Source: Lytechinus pictus (lineage: Eukaryota). From it: a stretch of 64,000 bases of DNA. Below, piece after piece: positions 40,826 to 54,358 of the stretch (the first letter of the stretch is position 1; each line of letters begins with the position of its first letter). The stretch is taken from positions 27,778,001-27,842,000 of the forward strand of contig NC_087251.1 in assembly GCF_037042905.1 (NCBI RefSeq), written 5' to 3'. Below the pieces are notes generated by a model. That model searched no databases, was not told where the DNA came from, and saw only the letters and a list, made by a program, of their open reading frames with translations. The position numbers were made by a program, and so were the translations under genes.

Positions 40826-43085
40826 TAAATAAGAGCTATATGTATACGGGGTATATACTGGTATAACCGTGTACATCATATTATTACCATCATTCAGTTA
40901 AAGGCCCATAGCAATTTTTTTCGATGGCTATATTTGAATGGATTTGTTGATATATAAAGTAATGAATTACAATTATTAACAATTTGTAGTTGGAAGACAA
41001 AATGGTGTCCAAAAACCTCTTTCAAGTGGTGTGTGATTATCACAACACGGGCAATGTATACGTAGGTATTTACTGTAAATGTGTACATTATTCTCTTATC
41101 TTTCAGTTAAGGCTGTTATGATTTTTACAGTTAATATCAATGTGCGAGCGAAGCAAGCGAGCAAATTTTCTGCAGTCGGAAGACAAAATGATGTCCAAAA
41201 AACTCTTTCAAGTGGTGTGTAATAACACGTCATATATACGTATGTACTTGTATATATTGTAACTGTGTACATTATTCTATCCTCTTTTAGTGAAAGGTCT
41301 ATACACGATTGTTTGATGGCTATATGGCTTTGTTGTGATATAAAGGATTGAATTACAGTTAATATCAATGTGTGAGCCAGTGAGCAAATTTGTTCAGAGT
41401 TAGAAGAATGATGAACAAAAAAGGGGCTTGTAATTATTGGAGAATTGCAGTGCATTATGCAGCGAGTGAGCGTAGTGAGCTAGCCTTGAAAAGGTTGCTC
41501 CAGTTGTTTGAAATGATGTATTACAGAGAATGGTAAATGTAAATTATCAATAAATTAAACTTCAGAAGAAACGGAAAATAAAGAGCATATAAGTATTGAA
41601 CAGTCCATATTTAATTCAATGAAAACTCATTTTGCTCACTGGTTAAAGGTAAGATAAGAATGAAAAATGGATCGTGATTATATCGGGATTAAGGGTGCGT
41701 ATGGAATGATTATAGGCCGTCACAGGCCACGGTATATACTTCCAAAAAACGTGGAAATAGCACAAGGATACAAATTAAAAGGAAAATATTGCAGGAAGGA
41801 AAGATTTTAAACAATCTTTAAGATTATATTGGGAGAGGATGCACTTTTCAAAATTTTCAATAAAATTCATATTTCGAATATCAGATTGTTGTGGAATTTA
41901 TGTGATTTACAGTCTCCTATAAACGGCTGAAATGGTAAAGTGTGTGGGAAATAATTATTGCTGTCCTAACTTGCCTCTGTGTTTCATTAACGGCATTGAT
42001 TTCGGTCAATGTCATCAGTCACCCATCGTATACTTTACCTGAAGTAAAGGGTATGCCTATTTTTTTGTACAAATTATCTCCCTCCCACTTCCACAAAGAT
42101 GCGAGGATAATATGACCCCACCCACCCCACATTCACGCCAGTATATTCAAAGGATGTATTGGTTTATGATCAAAGTTTATATATCAAAATCATTGGTATT
42201 ATACGATAATAAATTGAAGTATAATAACCATAATATTATGATACATGGGATATGACAATTGCAATAAGCTAATCGCAGGGAGGTGTCATGTAAGATTAGA
42301 CTGAGCGAGGGAGCGGAGCGACTGCAGGAGAAATATTGCATTTTTAGAATGCAAAATTTGGAAAATTTAAGCACTTTGACCGCATCCACGCATTGTCAGT
42401 ACTCTGTTTTGAAAAGTAGGTAGATAATATTGTACATGCCACCCCTCCCCCCTTTGACAAGTGGGGATCGGATCAGATCGATATAAGTGCTTATATTGTC
42501 TAGATCCCCAAAGTCCTATCTCTAGATATAAGTTAGAGGGCACCAAACCGACTTTGCACCTGGTCATCATTGTGTGTTTTATATATAAAATCTTTATTCA
42601 GATTGTTGTACACTTTTTAAGTATAAACGTATATAGAGACTTATTCTTTTTTGTATTGTCTTATAAAATATGGAGATATAAATATGTACATTTTTTTATT
42701 ATGGGATAGCCTATTCACATCTCTCAGTATTATATATATAAATTTTAATATTTGCTCAGAATTTAAAAAGTCTTTATGTTTGGATTTTTGTCATCATACA
42801 ATACCGCATTATTATACAGTAAATACAAGTGAAAAATAACTGTTTTCTCTGTGTGTATTATGGGTTGTGATAATCTTTGTTAAAAAATGTTTATTATAAT
42901 GTAAAACATTTCATTTGTTATTTTGCTGTATACATGTACTTCACGTTATTTTGTATATTTTCTTTATTACCCTTGTATGTATGAAAATTGTGTTATTATC
43001 TGAATAAAGGCTAAAAAGCATTAAAAAAAATCATTAGACGCCTCACCCGATGTACAGTAAGTTTACATTTTAGAGCATAATAAAG

Positions 43086-43328
43086 CCGGGGGGAGGCAAA
43101 TCTATTGCTGTACACATGCGTGACCAAATTATTTCCAAACGCCCCCTCAACGAGTTTTTTCTCTGTGTGCAAAATACCCCCTAAACAAGTTTTTCGTGGG
43201 CTTTGTTTACACATTTTGGCCCCTAAACAAGTTGTCGCCAGAATATGAACCCGGAAAAAAGCTTGGGGAAAAACATACCCTTAACACGTTTGACCCGGCG
43301 ATTGACAATTGACCAGTCTTTCAAAACT
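43086..43328. mobile_element. Truncated copy of the same MITE family
   Basis: Left TIR and internal sequence match 35774-36070; right end missing. Confidence 0.75.
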
Positions 43329-44699
43329 GGATAATTCCACATTCCTTTAATTGTGGTCCTTTTTTGTGGGGGGGGGGGGGGGGGGTGATTCCCCCCAGCC
43401 TACCTCCGTAGAACAGTTCCTGGTCGGTCGATCCAATTTAGGCATTTTGACTTGCGGCCCTTTCTTCTAATTTATATGAATTTTTCTTCTGTTTTTATTA
43501 GCAGTATTTTACTTTAATAAATACCCCACTATTCTCTCCGAAACATTCCATGACAAATTTAAGAAAGAGTTAAAATCTCACCTGTATGGTCTATATACAG
43601 CCGCTATACATGTTATCTTTTATTGTTAATTCGAAGGTGTAGGCCTATTTTTATGTGGAAGCACAACATGATAAAGTTAATAGCGATATAGTTTTCTATG
43701 TATTTCATCTCTAATATGCGTTGTATTATTATCCAAATAATTAAATGCAGTCGATCTCACAGATTTCATCATTTCCTAATGAAGCCCCATAGTTGAAAAT
43801 TCTATAAAGCTTTGTCACCAACACTCCAGTTGTTATTTTTTTTTACTTTTCTTGACTATATGTCACAGACTGCATCATATAAATGAGGCAAAATGTAATT
43901 AATTTCACTTAAAAACTTAACTGCAATAGGTCTTCAAAAAACAAAGCAAAATAAAAACAAAACAGTGATATTTTATTTATTTATTTATTTGTCTTATTTA
44001 CCCAGGGTAGCCTGTTCGGTGATTCAAACACTATTCTCAATCAGGGCCTTGCACAAATACATATATACATAGAACAAGCACATTACATTAAAACATGTGA
44101 GACATTATCACATTACAATAAAATTTCAATAGAGTGAAATAATATGAGTAATTGATAAAAAGAACCAGTATTCATCAGGAATTCAGTTGGATATCAAGGG
44201 AAAATGTATAGGAATGCAAATTAATTACATTAATTTTAATTGAGTAATTTAAGTGCAAGAAGAATTTAGAAATTGATATTTTAAACATAAAACTTCATTG
44301 AAAGAACCTATATGTACATTTCGATCCCTCATTCAATATTTGTTTGTACTTGAAAACAATATATAAAATTGTAATAGAGAGAGTGGATGTTAATTATTCA
44401 TTCGACTTCATTATATTATTCTACGTAACAGTTGTATTTTCATTTACTTTACCTATAACATATACAATAGGCCTATATTTGAGAACTGACATTACTGACG
44501 GATCCATGAAGACGACCGTGGGCGACCATGGAGGTGTCATTGCATTTTATTTAATGTATGCAATAGCTTGAATTGATGACACATGTTGCAATAAGTTTGA
44601 AATGTGTTGCCTTAGTAAAACAAAGTCAACAAAATATCACGCATTTGAAGCATTTCCCGTCAGTTGCATCAGCTGATAATCAATAGTAATGTTATGGTG

Positions 44700-45080
44700 A
44701 TTGATCTGCGCATGCGCAGTGCTTGAGGTGGCAAACTGGGGGCTCGACCAGCTGCCGAAGATCGGCGGAATTTGACTTAAAAACAGCATTTTGGAAGTGA
44801 TTTCAAGCCTGGGTGTGTTTCAGGAAATGTGCAGTCCTCTTTCATTTAAACATGGATATTAGTTGGAATTTGTCAGGTTTCGTGAACAGCCAGGAGAAAT
44901 TAGAAGTTTCCTCCTGCTCCATGAACAACCTTCCGCCAGAGGTAAGACAAAAACAAACGGGCGGTAGCGGGTGAAAATGCGGGAACGGGCGGCCTGGAGC
45001 TGGGGGTGTGCGCTGGGCCTGGCTTGGCATGATTGCAATCACAGAGTCGTGTCTGATTCTTGTTTGTACTACAAGTTGTA
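44700..45080. promoter_or_regulatory. Putative host-gene promoter and first exon
   Basis: NRF1-type palindrome TGCGCATGCGCA (44707-44718), local GC/CpG enrichment, and ATG AAC AAC CTT CCG CCA GAG|GTAAGA (44921-44941) with a strong donor. Confidence 0.45.
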
Positions 45081-45722
45081 GCTAGTAATATTCCAGTCTT
45101 TGTTTAGACGGCCTGGGTTTTTTTAGTGGATGTTCAAACTGAGAAGAAAAGAACTAGTCTAGTGCTTGTGTGTAAACCCATTTGGTCTAACTGCAGCAGT
45201 CAGAAAAAGTTGAAAGAGATTTAATTTTATTGGTCAGTTGGTTGGATTCTAGATCTAATTTAACTCAGTCAGTGGGAGTTAGATCCAATCTTTAAACCCA
45301 ATTCACAAAAGGCTTCCTTACTAGAATCTTGTGATATCGATACTATTGGAAGAAAGAGCCTGACAAGATGTAGCCTTAGTCACAAAATAGCTAGACTGAA
45401 AACTCCACTGTTGCATAGGAGTTTTTAAACATTTTCTGATTTTTTGTCTCACCTGCATAGCACTTTAGCAGAGAGACTAACGACAACGTTATAGGCGCCG
45501 CTTTTCCGATGGCGGCAGCATCAACATCAAATCTTAACTGAAGGTTAAGTTTTTGAAATGACAGCATAACTTAGAAAGTATATAGACCTAGTTCATGAAA
45601 CTTTGACATAAGGTTATTCAAGTATTACTCAATATCCTGCCTGAGTTTCAGGTCACATGACCAAGGTCAAAGGTCATTTACGGTCAATGAACTTGACCAT
45701 TTGGGGGAATCAACATCAAAAT

Positions 45723-48700
45723 TGTTGTAAAAATGAAAGTTGTGGGTTACAGATGATGTGATGGCACGAGATACGATACGTTACGATGGCGAGTGGTTAT
45801 TAATGACAAGTACAAGTACAACACTGACAAGGATTAGGACTCACTAATACACAAATGGGTTACTTCGACGGTACGGGACAGGGACAACAACTAATACTCA
45901 CCTGACACTTGTACAGATGATGCCACACGGTAGATAGTACAGGTTCCTTAACTAATTCTATGTTGCTTCTAGCTATAGTAACAGACCATGGCGCCTGGTG
46001 GGGATGCAGCTGGGTTGCGTGCGTCCACACTCGATGGCGTCTTGGGGTCTTCTCTTTCTGGTCTCTGGATCCAATCTCTCAGCACCAGCTTGTGTACGTG
46101 CTGTGCAACGCACACACGTAGCAGGCGTAGGAGCATATAAAGGCTCCTCCAATCAGGAGCGCTCCTCGCATACACACAGCACATACACAGACTTAATATA
46201 CATGAACATAGATCAATACATATATACTAATACACAGACTAATACATATATGGTACTACAGGTACATGGCAAATTTACTACATTCCTCCCGGTTCCATCA
46301 GATTGCGACATATATTGACAAATCTATGAATTGACTATATTGTGCAATCTCAATAGAAAAATACAGATATGAAGAACTCTGACAGAGGAATGTAATATAT
46401 GCCTATATGATTAAAACTGATTAAATACATGACATCAATAAAATACCTCAAATACATAAAAAGTGTGATCTGAGGACATAAACTTGTTTCTATAATAACT
46501 TGTTCATTTAAAAAGGTTGCTGGTCCAGCAAAATCAAATATCTTATCGCTTGAGACCAGCAAATATACACTTTGAGAAACAAGAACAAGTTAATGGTAAG
46601 TAATCCGGCCAGTCTGGCCCAGTCTTGTCTATGTATTGATAGTTGAAACAAAGAATATATTCTTATTTAGTGCAAGTCTAAAAGACTGAAAGAAGGTGTG
46701 TTCATCCTTCAAAGTGCACTTCTTTACATATAGATTGTTCAGGTTGACTCTTGGTCAGTGCTGTATATCAAGTTGTATATTGTACTATTAATAAGCATAA
46801 CAATGAAATAAAGCCAATTTGGCTGGAGCTCTGTTACCAATATATAGGCCTGTACAATGTGACCTTTACAAATATGATATATGATTGGTAATATGTTTGA
46901 GCTCTTAAAAGCATGTAAAGTAATGATACTTCAACCAGATCTGGTGCAAATAAATATAACAACCTGGACTTGACATACATACATAGTATTTTCTCTTGAG
47001 AAAAACTACTACTATTTCAACATCCTGTATGACAATATTTCCAGGGTTGTTTATATTAGCCTTTGCAAACAAGGTAAAGGATCTATGGTTGAAATATCTA
47101 TATATCTTTTATGAAGTATAAAATATATACAAATATGATAAAAGAATTATCTATTGCATAACCAGTGTTTGCACCAATTACTTCATATGTCACATGAAGA
47201 GGTAAAAACTATTGAAAAATAAGAAGTGTGCCTTCACCTTCAGTGACTATTAAAAGGAAATACAATGTATAACAGAAATTTCAATTGCAGGACTTTCAGC
47301 AACTGATCAAGGAGATACTACTCCATTCTTGGGGTGGTGGCCAGGGAGGAAGGAGCCAAGGACAAGATATAAGAAATGGGTCATTACTTAAACTACAAAC
47401 ATATCTCTGGTTCCACCAGAGAAGAGAACTGAGGAATTCAAGGATGGACAGCTTAGGAGGGGTACTTCCCCAAAGCATTTGCACAAGATAACTCTGCCCA
47501 TGCTTGGCATCCTCAGTAGAGGCTCGACTGTCCTCTGACACAGTTACAAAACTTACATTATCTACATCTAAGGTATTAACTGTAACATCACTTACACATG
47601 AAGTATCTACAGTTACATCATCTATACATGTGGTATTTACAGTTACAGCATCTACACTAATGACATTATCAGAAACACAAGTACCTACATCTATTGTTAA
47701 ACGTTCTGGACAGTTCCTCTTGAAGTGTCCAGATTTGTTACATGCAAAACAAACATCACGACAAGACAACTTGGATTCAGTGTCTTCTGTCGAAGGAGAA
47801 TCTGTATGCCTATTCAGCTCTGGGACAGCAGTTACCGATCCCTGGACTGAGGACTGGAAGGACTTCATCTGTGCCCCTGGAGCAGATTGAATATCAACCT
47901 TCTTCTCCAGATTGGGCACTCGGTCCTCCAGACTGTTCTGACCGGAGGACTGCTGAGCATTAGAGGCATGCCCGGAAACACCCATACGGTTAACTCTGGG
48001 ATCCTCCTCGACAGTATCGTAAGACCTTTGTCTTGCATACGTTAGCCGATGCTGAAACCACCGAACTAAGTAAATGGCATCATCGAGATTCCGAGGACGT
48101 GATTTGATAGCGTATTTTCCCGCTTCATGGTCTAATAAACCCTGACAAAACTTTTGCACTATTTGCCTCTCAAAAATCTCCTCAGGCAATCCGTCAAAGA
48201 CGCGTGAAGCGTAGGATAGGACACGGTCGGCCCATTCCCCCTTTGTTTCGGTTGTTGCCTGCTGCGCAAAATCAAATTGCAATTGTGCGACAGGAAATTC
48301 TTTGGAAGCAAATCTTTGCTCAAGCTTCTTGATAACATCTGTATAGGGAATGTTTAGCTTGGAAGAAACAATAATTGATGCAAAATATTTGATTGCGCTT
48401 CCCTCAAGACAAAAGCAAAGTTCATTGAGCTGTTGGGCTTGACCCCAACCTCGATCTTCCGAATAAAGCTGGAAATCACGTATAAAAGTGTGCCAACATC
48501 CTCTACCATCGAAGGTCACGGACTTGGGCAACGAGGACACTCGCGCACCAGGAGTACACCCACGAGAATAAGATCTCAGGGCATCGTAACCTCGATCTAA
48601 GGACGGAAGCCTTGAATCTAGAGCAGATGAATGCCGAGATGATTTCAGTTCTTCTGACAATGATTTCATTTGAACAGCCATACAGTGCATCATCATTGCT

Positions 48701-50076
48701 ATATAAGCATCATCTTTGGAATGATCATTAGAAGTATGACAGGAAGATTGTGGATAAGAATCATGTTTATTCGTAATCTGAACCCTACTGTTTGATCTGG
48801 ATTCACATTGGGTATAAGATGATTGTTTGGAATCCTCACTAGTATAGGGAGTACCAGGAGCATATCTAGAGTGATCAGTATATTGTGAATGATATCTATC
48901 CTGATCAACCTTGGAAGAACCATATGAAATATGACCAAAATTCCTTGAACAATCTTCATGATGATCAGTCCTAGAATAACAAGATGCATCAGGACGCAAA
49001 TTATGAGCCTGAGGCTTTCTACCAGTATTGGGTTCAGCATATTTATATTGGCATTTATCAGCACATTTATATACAAGATCTGTTAAATCGAGATCAGATA
49101 AATAATGTATCCTTGAACAATCGAACCTCTCATAAACAAATTCATCTACAAAATTTCTTGGATAACCAAGCTTGTACAGATTATTTGCCAGTGAATACTC
49201 ATATAAGTATCCCCTACTAGTATTACGACTGTCTATAATGTCTTCAACTAATCCTTGTCTTGCTCTGGCGATTTCACTTTGCATCATTATGAATTCCAGA
49301 TAAATTCAGGAAAGTATTATTGATGATCACCTTGGTGATTCAAAGGCATATTCTTAAACATATTTTAAATGATACTTTCATTTATTCAATGATCTACAGT
49401 GTATTAAACTTAGCAGAATAAAGCTTGCAGATCAGTGAAAGAACTTAACTAGGTTTGTTTATACTTGTGTCACTGAACACACTTACTGCCAAGGAAAGAG
49501 TGAAGTACTGCAATACTTGTACTGCTAAGAACAAGCGTCCGACTCTGAATATTAATAATAAATGTACACACTCCTGTAGCAATGGATGTATTCAGTGAAA
49601 GTATATTTACAAAGTACAGTGCAGCTTCAAGTTTCAGAAACTACACTTGTAGAATAGAATATCAAACTTCTACTACTCTGATTAATCGCAGAAGTGTCAA
49701 TAAGTTTTACTTACTCTACGACTATTAAAAGAACCTAACAAGGATTCAACTTATCGAAGCCTCAACGATTTACAGGAGTAGCATTCAATAATAATTGTTT
49801 ATTTCTGATGAATGCAATATATAAATAAATGTGTCAAACACACATTTATCCCACATCCGATTTTTTTTTGTTTTTTTTGTTTTTTTTTAGAATGTGGATG
49901 AGCCTAAAAATAATTAACTATTTAGAAATCAACTTGCGCAAAATGACAGCAGTGAATTTTGTATTTCACTGAAATGAAGGATTGAATTCCAGAGCCTGAA
50001 TAGAAATTCGCAAATTTTCAGCGCAAGAATGATGCTCCAAATAAAGCACATTAACAGAGCAACCATATGAAAAAAC

Positions 50077-50111
<35 letters not shown>

Positions 50112-53100
50112 CAAAGAACTTTGATATCAAACATTGATTCTGATATCAAAGATTGATCTGTACTTTTCACTTAAAGTCTGAATAAATAGTTGGTTTAATT
50201 AAAATAAGTATGTTCAAAAGCCTTATTAAAATTTAATTCAGTACTTCTTGTAACTTCATTTGAGATCTATTTTTCTTTGAAAATATAGAAATTAAATTTA
50301 CAAGAATTATTCCAAAGAAAATTTCCTGATTTAACAATGCTTGTTAAAAGTAATCAACTAAGAAAACCTGAATTTCATACAGACAGAAAGACAATCCAGG
50401 ATAACCTCCAAGAAAAATTTCCTACAAAGAACTAAGGGCCTGAAATTAAATTCCAAGTCCTCGTTCAAACAAGTGTACACCGAGTCAAAAGGCAAAGCAA
50501 AACAATTGCACTTGTTGGCTCCAGGTATACACAGTCAGGAAATTACAAACACCTGAGAGATTAACAAGATTATCTGCAAGGGAAAAATCCCTAAACTATT
50601 TGAAATCAAATTCTCACTATGGGATTCTTGTGATCCAAAGTATTTTTATGGTTAAATTCGAGCTAGTTTTCGTTACAAAAATCAGAAGTGTAACAAAGAT
50701 CTGAAATATATTTTAGGTAAAAAACCAATTCACTGCTCTAACTCAACTGATAAGCTCAAATTCAAGAGGTTAAAGGAATTCGAATAAATTATTTTAATTC
50801 CCAGTAAGAGTCGAATTGATATCAAACAATGCAAAGACAAAGTAGTGATAGTGCTGCCTACAGCACAACACCTACACGTGAGATAGGCACACGCTATTGC
50901 CGTTGGCTGGTGGAGATCTACTTGATCGACACCGTCACCGGACAAAGCTAAAAAAAAGTACAAACGAGAATATGGCAATATGGGAACAAGGAACTTAGCT
51001 CAATTCACGTAAATATTGAGTCAAGAGACAATTGGCAGCTAAATCCAGCAAATTGTCAGTAAAAACTGACGAAAAGAAAACTCGTTCAGAATTTGCCTTC
51101 ACGGAGACGATAGACGGCTAGTGAACGTTACCCCTGCCTGGAGTTACGGACCAGACAGAGAGGTGCGTTGCGCTGGGGTTGATTAGGAAACCGCGCGACG
51201 TTAGACCTAAAATTAAATAATTAAGAATGATTAAATTACAAAATCAACTTCTACGAGTTCCTGCTTGGAACTAATCTTTAGAATAAATCAACGGTCAATC
51301 ACGATAATCGTATAAAATCAGAATTTTGCAAATTCTAACTCTGATCGACTGTTGTGTTTACGTCAACGAGAGTCTCGATCTCGATCAAGTGAAAAATATA
51401 AAAGTCACGTGATTCGGCTCGACAGTGATGACTCACTCAATTATTCGCCGAGCGAGGCGATCGAGGGTAGATTGTCAATTTTTGGTCAAAAACAATCTAT
51501 TACTTCTTGACTTCCAAATCAATGGCAATGAAAATCAGCACATAGAGTTACCAATAGTGATGATTCAATTAATTTCGAATCAAAACGACATAAAAACATG
51601 TAACATGAAGAACATAGAGAATAATTTATCTAAGTTATCAAGAAATAAATAGCCTACCGGTTTCTCTGCAAAACTACACAATTTCGAAAAATTATGGAGC
51701 CTACACCCAACCAGCCCAAACTACTAATTATTTGATAGGGAAGATAAAAGTATTCAGACTTCTCTTTCCCAGTCCCAACGGGTCTGACACTGGTATTGAC
51801 AGAAGTCTATTCACATAAATATTTCAGACGTCTATATTTTTTCCAGTCCCAACGGGTCTGACACTGGAATTATTATACAGAAGTCTATATTCACACACAA
51901 TTCAGACGTCTATTTTTTCCAGTCCCAACGGGTCTGACACTGGAAATATTTATAGAAGTCTATTATATTCACACACAAATCTACCGAGTGGGTGAACAAT
52001 TAGCAACAATGAGTAACAATAACTTTTAGATTGAATTTAAGACAATGACAATCACAGTTATTAAAGAGAAACAATCACAATATCAGATGTGATGAATGAA
52101 ATGCTTTAAAGAAAATTCACAAGATGTGTATTGATTAAGAACAAAATTCAAGAGTATATTTTCAAGTTACAGGTAAGATCCGAAGCTCAGAAAACCCACC
52201 TATTTTTCTAGTAACAGGTAAGATCTGAAGTTCAGAAAAACCCACCTCTAACGTACCACCGACACAAGTGTAATTTCGAGCTGGGTAAAAATTTGAAGTA
52301 AATCCAGACTATTACTCAACTCGGCAACCAGGAGTATTATAACTTCTAACACTCTTTCTGCCACTCAATGTGTACAGAACTGGCTGTAAAAAACGCTTGC
52401 CAAATTTCGATAGAAAATATATACTGGAAATTTTAAAGAAATATATGAACAGCAACTCTACGCCCTCAAAATATTGGTGCACTGCCCGATATGCAAGAGT
52501 ATGAAATTCTAGGAAACTTATACCATCTGGAATAATTACTGAGGATCGAGAGAATATTTCAAGTTCAAATTAACTTTTCCAATCCAATAAATCCACCAAA
52601 TACTCACACCCGACTTTTTTTTTTTAATTGGTGTGGTGTGAATGTTCCGAATTCGAAAGAAATCTTAGACAATGGCGGATGGCGGACTAAAAATATCCAA
52701 GCCTAAAAGCAGATTTCAAAGAATTCACAAACAAAAGCAACGAGATGGTAAGCTACGCAAAAATATGCAAGGAACGAAATTCTTGATCGCGAGCCAAACA
52801 ATAAAAGGGACTCACGAAGAATGCGATCAGAAATGCAAGTGCAACTAAACAATGTAGGGCGTGTGCACAGAGAATACCACGTGCGTTGCAATGAAAATAC
52901 AACGTAGTGGACATGAAATAACTTCCTAGATATGGCAAAAATATATCAAGATTGACTTGTATCAAACAAGGAATTATATCATGTACGGAAAAATGGTAAA
53001 ACTAAAACAAGATGTGTGCATGCGAGATGCATGCGAATCCACGCAATCACGGCACGCAAAATGACAATTCGCGGTAGAGAGCGGAAAACTTCCCACTCAC

Positions 53101-53793
53101 TCTCCGTTCGTTATACACTTCAAAATCACTCACAAATGACTTTCATGAGCAAATATGAAGTATGAACGGACATGAAATGATGAAAATGAAAATGACAGGC
53201 GCACAGGACGATCCGAAAACTCGCAATCGCCAATGTTGTAAAAATGAAAGTTGTGGGTTACAGATGATGTGATGGCACGAGATACGATACGTTACGATGG
53301 CGAGTGGTTATTAATGACAAGTACAAGTACAACACTGACAAGGATTAGGACTCACTAATACACAAATGGGTTACTTCGACGGTACGGGACAGGGACAACA
53401 ACTAATACTCACCTGACACTTGTACAGATGATGCCACACGGTAGATAGTACAGGTTCCTTAACTAATTCTATGTTGCTTCTAGCTATAGTAACAGACCAT
53501 GGCGCCTGGTGGGGATGCAGCTGGGTTGCGTGCGTCCACACTCGATGGCGTCTTGGGGTCTTCTCTTTCTGGTCTCTGGATCCAATCTCTCAGCACCAGC
53601 TTGTGTACGTGCTGTGCAACGCACACACGTAGCAGGCGTAGGAGCATATAAAGGCTCCTCCAATCAGGAGCGCTCCTCGCATACACACAGCACATACACA
53701 GACTTAATATACATGAACATAGATCAATACATATATACTAATACACAGACTAATACATATATGGTACTACAGGTACATGGCAAATTTACTACA
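45723..53793 (-). mobile_element. LTR retrotransposon (Gypsy-like), gag-only, non-autonomous
   Basis: 560-bp LTRs at 45723-46282 and 53234-53793, TG...CA ends, identical by eye; 4-bp TSD AAAT. On the minus strand, PBS-like TGGCGATTGCGAG lies next to the 53234 LTR and PPT-like GGGAGGAA next to 46283. Confidence 0.93.
47296..49287 (-). CDS. gag: Gag-like protein (663 aa) with capsid-like region and CCHC zinc knuckle
   Basis: Uninterrupted ORF. FDG..W..F...F and L...LEGSA...F capsid-type pattern, AQQ...E...EWADRV major-homology-region-like segment, zinc knuckle CFACNKSGHFKRNC. Lies between the LTRs. Confidence 0.85.
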   Translation of the reverse strand: MMQSEIARARQGLVEDIIDSRNTSRGYLYEYSLANNLYKLGYPRNFVDEFVYERFDCSRIHYLSDLDLTDLVYKCADKCQYKYAEPNTGRKPQAHNLRPDASCYSRTDHHEDCSRNFGHISYGSSKVDQDRYHSQYTDHSRYAPGTPYTSEDSKQSSYTQCESRSNSRVQITNKHDSYPQSSCHTSNDHSKDDAYIAMMMHCMAVQMKSLSEELKSSRHSSALDSRLPSLDRGYDALRSYSRGCTPGARVSSLPKSVTFDGRGCWHTFIRDFQLYSEDRGWGQAQQLNELCFCLEGSAIKYFASIIVSSKLNIPYTDVIKKLEQRFASKEFPVAQLQFDFAQQATTETKGEWADRVLSYASRVFDGLPEEIFERQIVQKFCQGLLDHEAGKYAIKSRPRNLDDAIYLVRWFQHRLTYARQRSYDTVEEDPRVNRMGVSGHASNAQQSSGQNSLEDRVPNLEKKVDIQSAPGAQMKSFQSSVQGSVTAVPELNRHTDSPSTEDTESKLSCRDVCFACNKSGHFKRNCPERLTIDVGTCVSDNVISVDAVTVNTTCIDDVTVDTSCVSDVTVNTLDVDNVSFVTVSEDSRASTEDAKHGQSYLVQMLWGSTPPKLSILEFLSSLLWWNQRYVCSLSNDPFLISCPWLLPPWPPPQEWSSISLISC

Positions 53794-54358
53794 AAATCTT
53801 AACCTAAGGTTAAGTTTTTGAAATTTCGTCATAACTTTGAAATTATATGGACCTAGTCCATGAAACTTAGCCATAAGGGTAATCAAGTATCAGTGAACAT
53901 CCTGTGCGAGTTTCAGGTCATATGACCAAGGTCAAAGGTCATTTAAGGTCAATGAACTTTGGCCATGTTGGGGGTATTTGTTGAATTACCATCATATCTC
54001 TGTAAATGTATTGGTCTAGTTCATAAAACTTGGACATAAGAGTAATCAAGTATCACTGAACGTCCTGTGCAAGCTTTAGGTCACATGACCAAGGTCGAAG
54101 GTTGATGAACTTTGGCCATGTTGGGGGGAATTGTTGAATTTAACCATCATGACTCAGAAAGTGTGTGGATCTAGTTTATAAAACTTGGACATAAGAGTAA
54201 TGAAGTATCACTGAACATCTCATGCGAGTTTCCGGTCACATGACTAAAGTAAAAGGTCATTTAAGGTCAATGAACTTTGGCCATTTTGGAGGTAATTATT
54301 AGATTGCTGTCATAACTTTCAAAGTTTATAGATATAGTTTATGAAATGTGTATATAGG

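Noticed and set aside
46283..47295. Pol or env remnant downstream of gag
   Set aside because: No protease, RT, RNase H or integrase motif seen by eye in any listed frame. A profile search would be needed to exclude it fully.
51760..51960. CRISPR-like array
   Set aside because: Only three repeats, spacers similar to each other, eukaryotic retroelement context, no cas genes.
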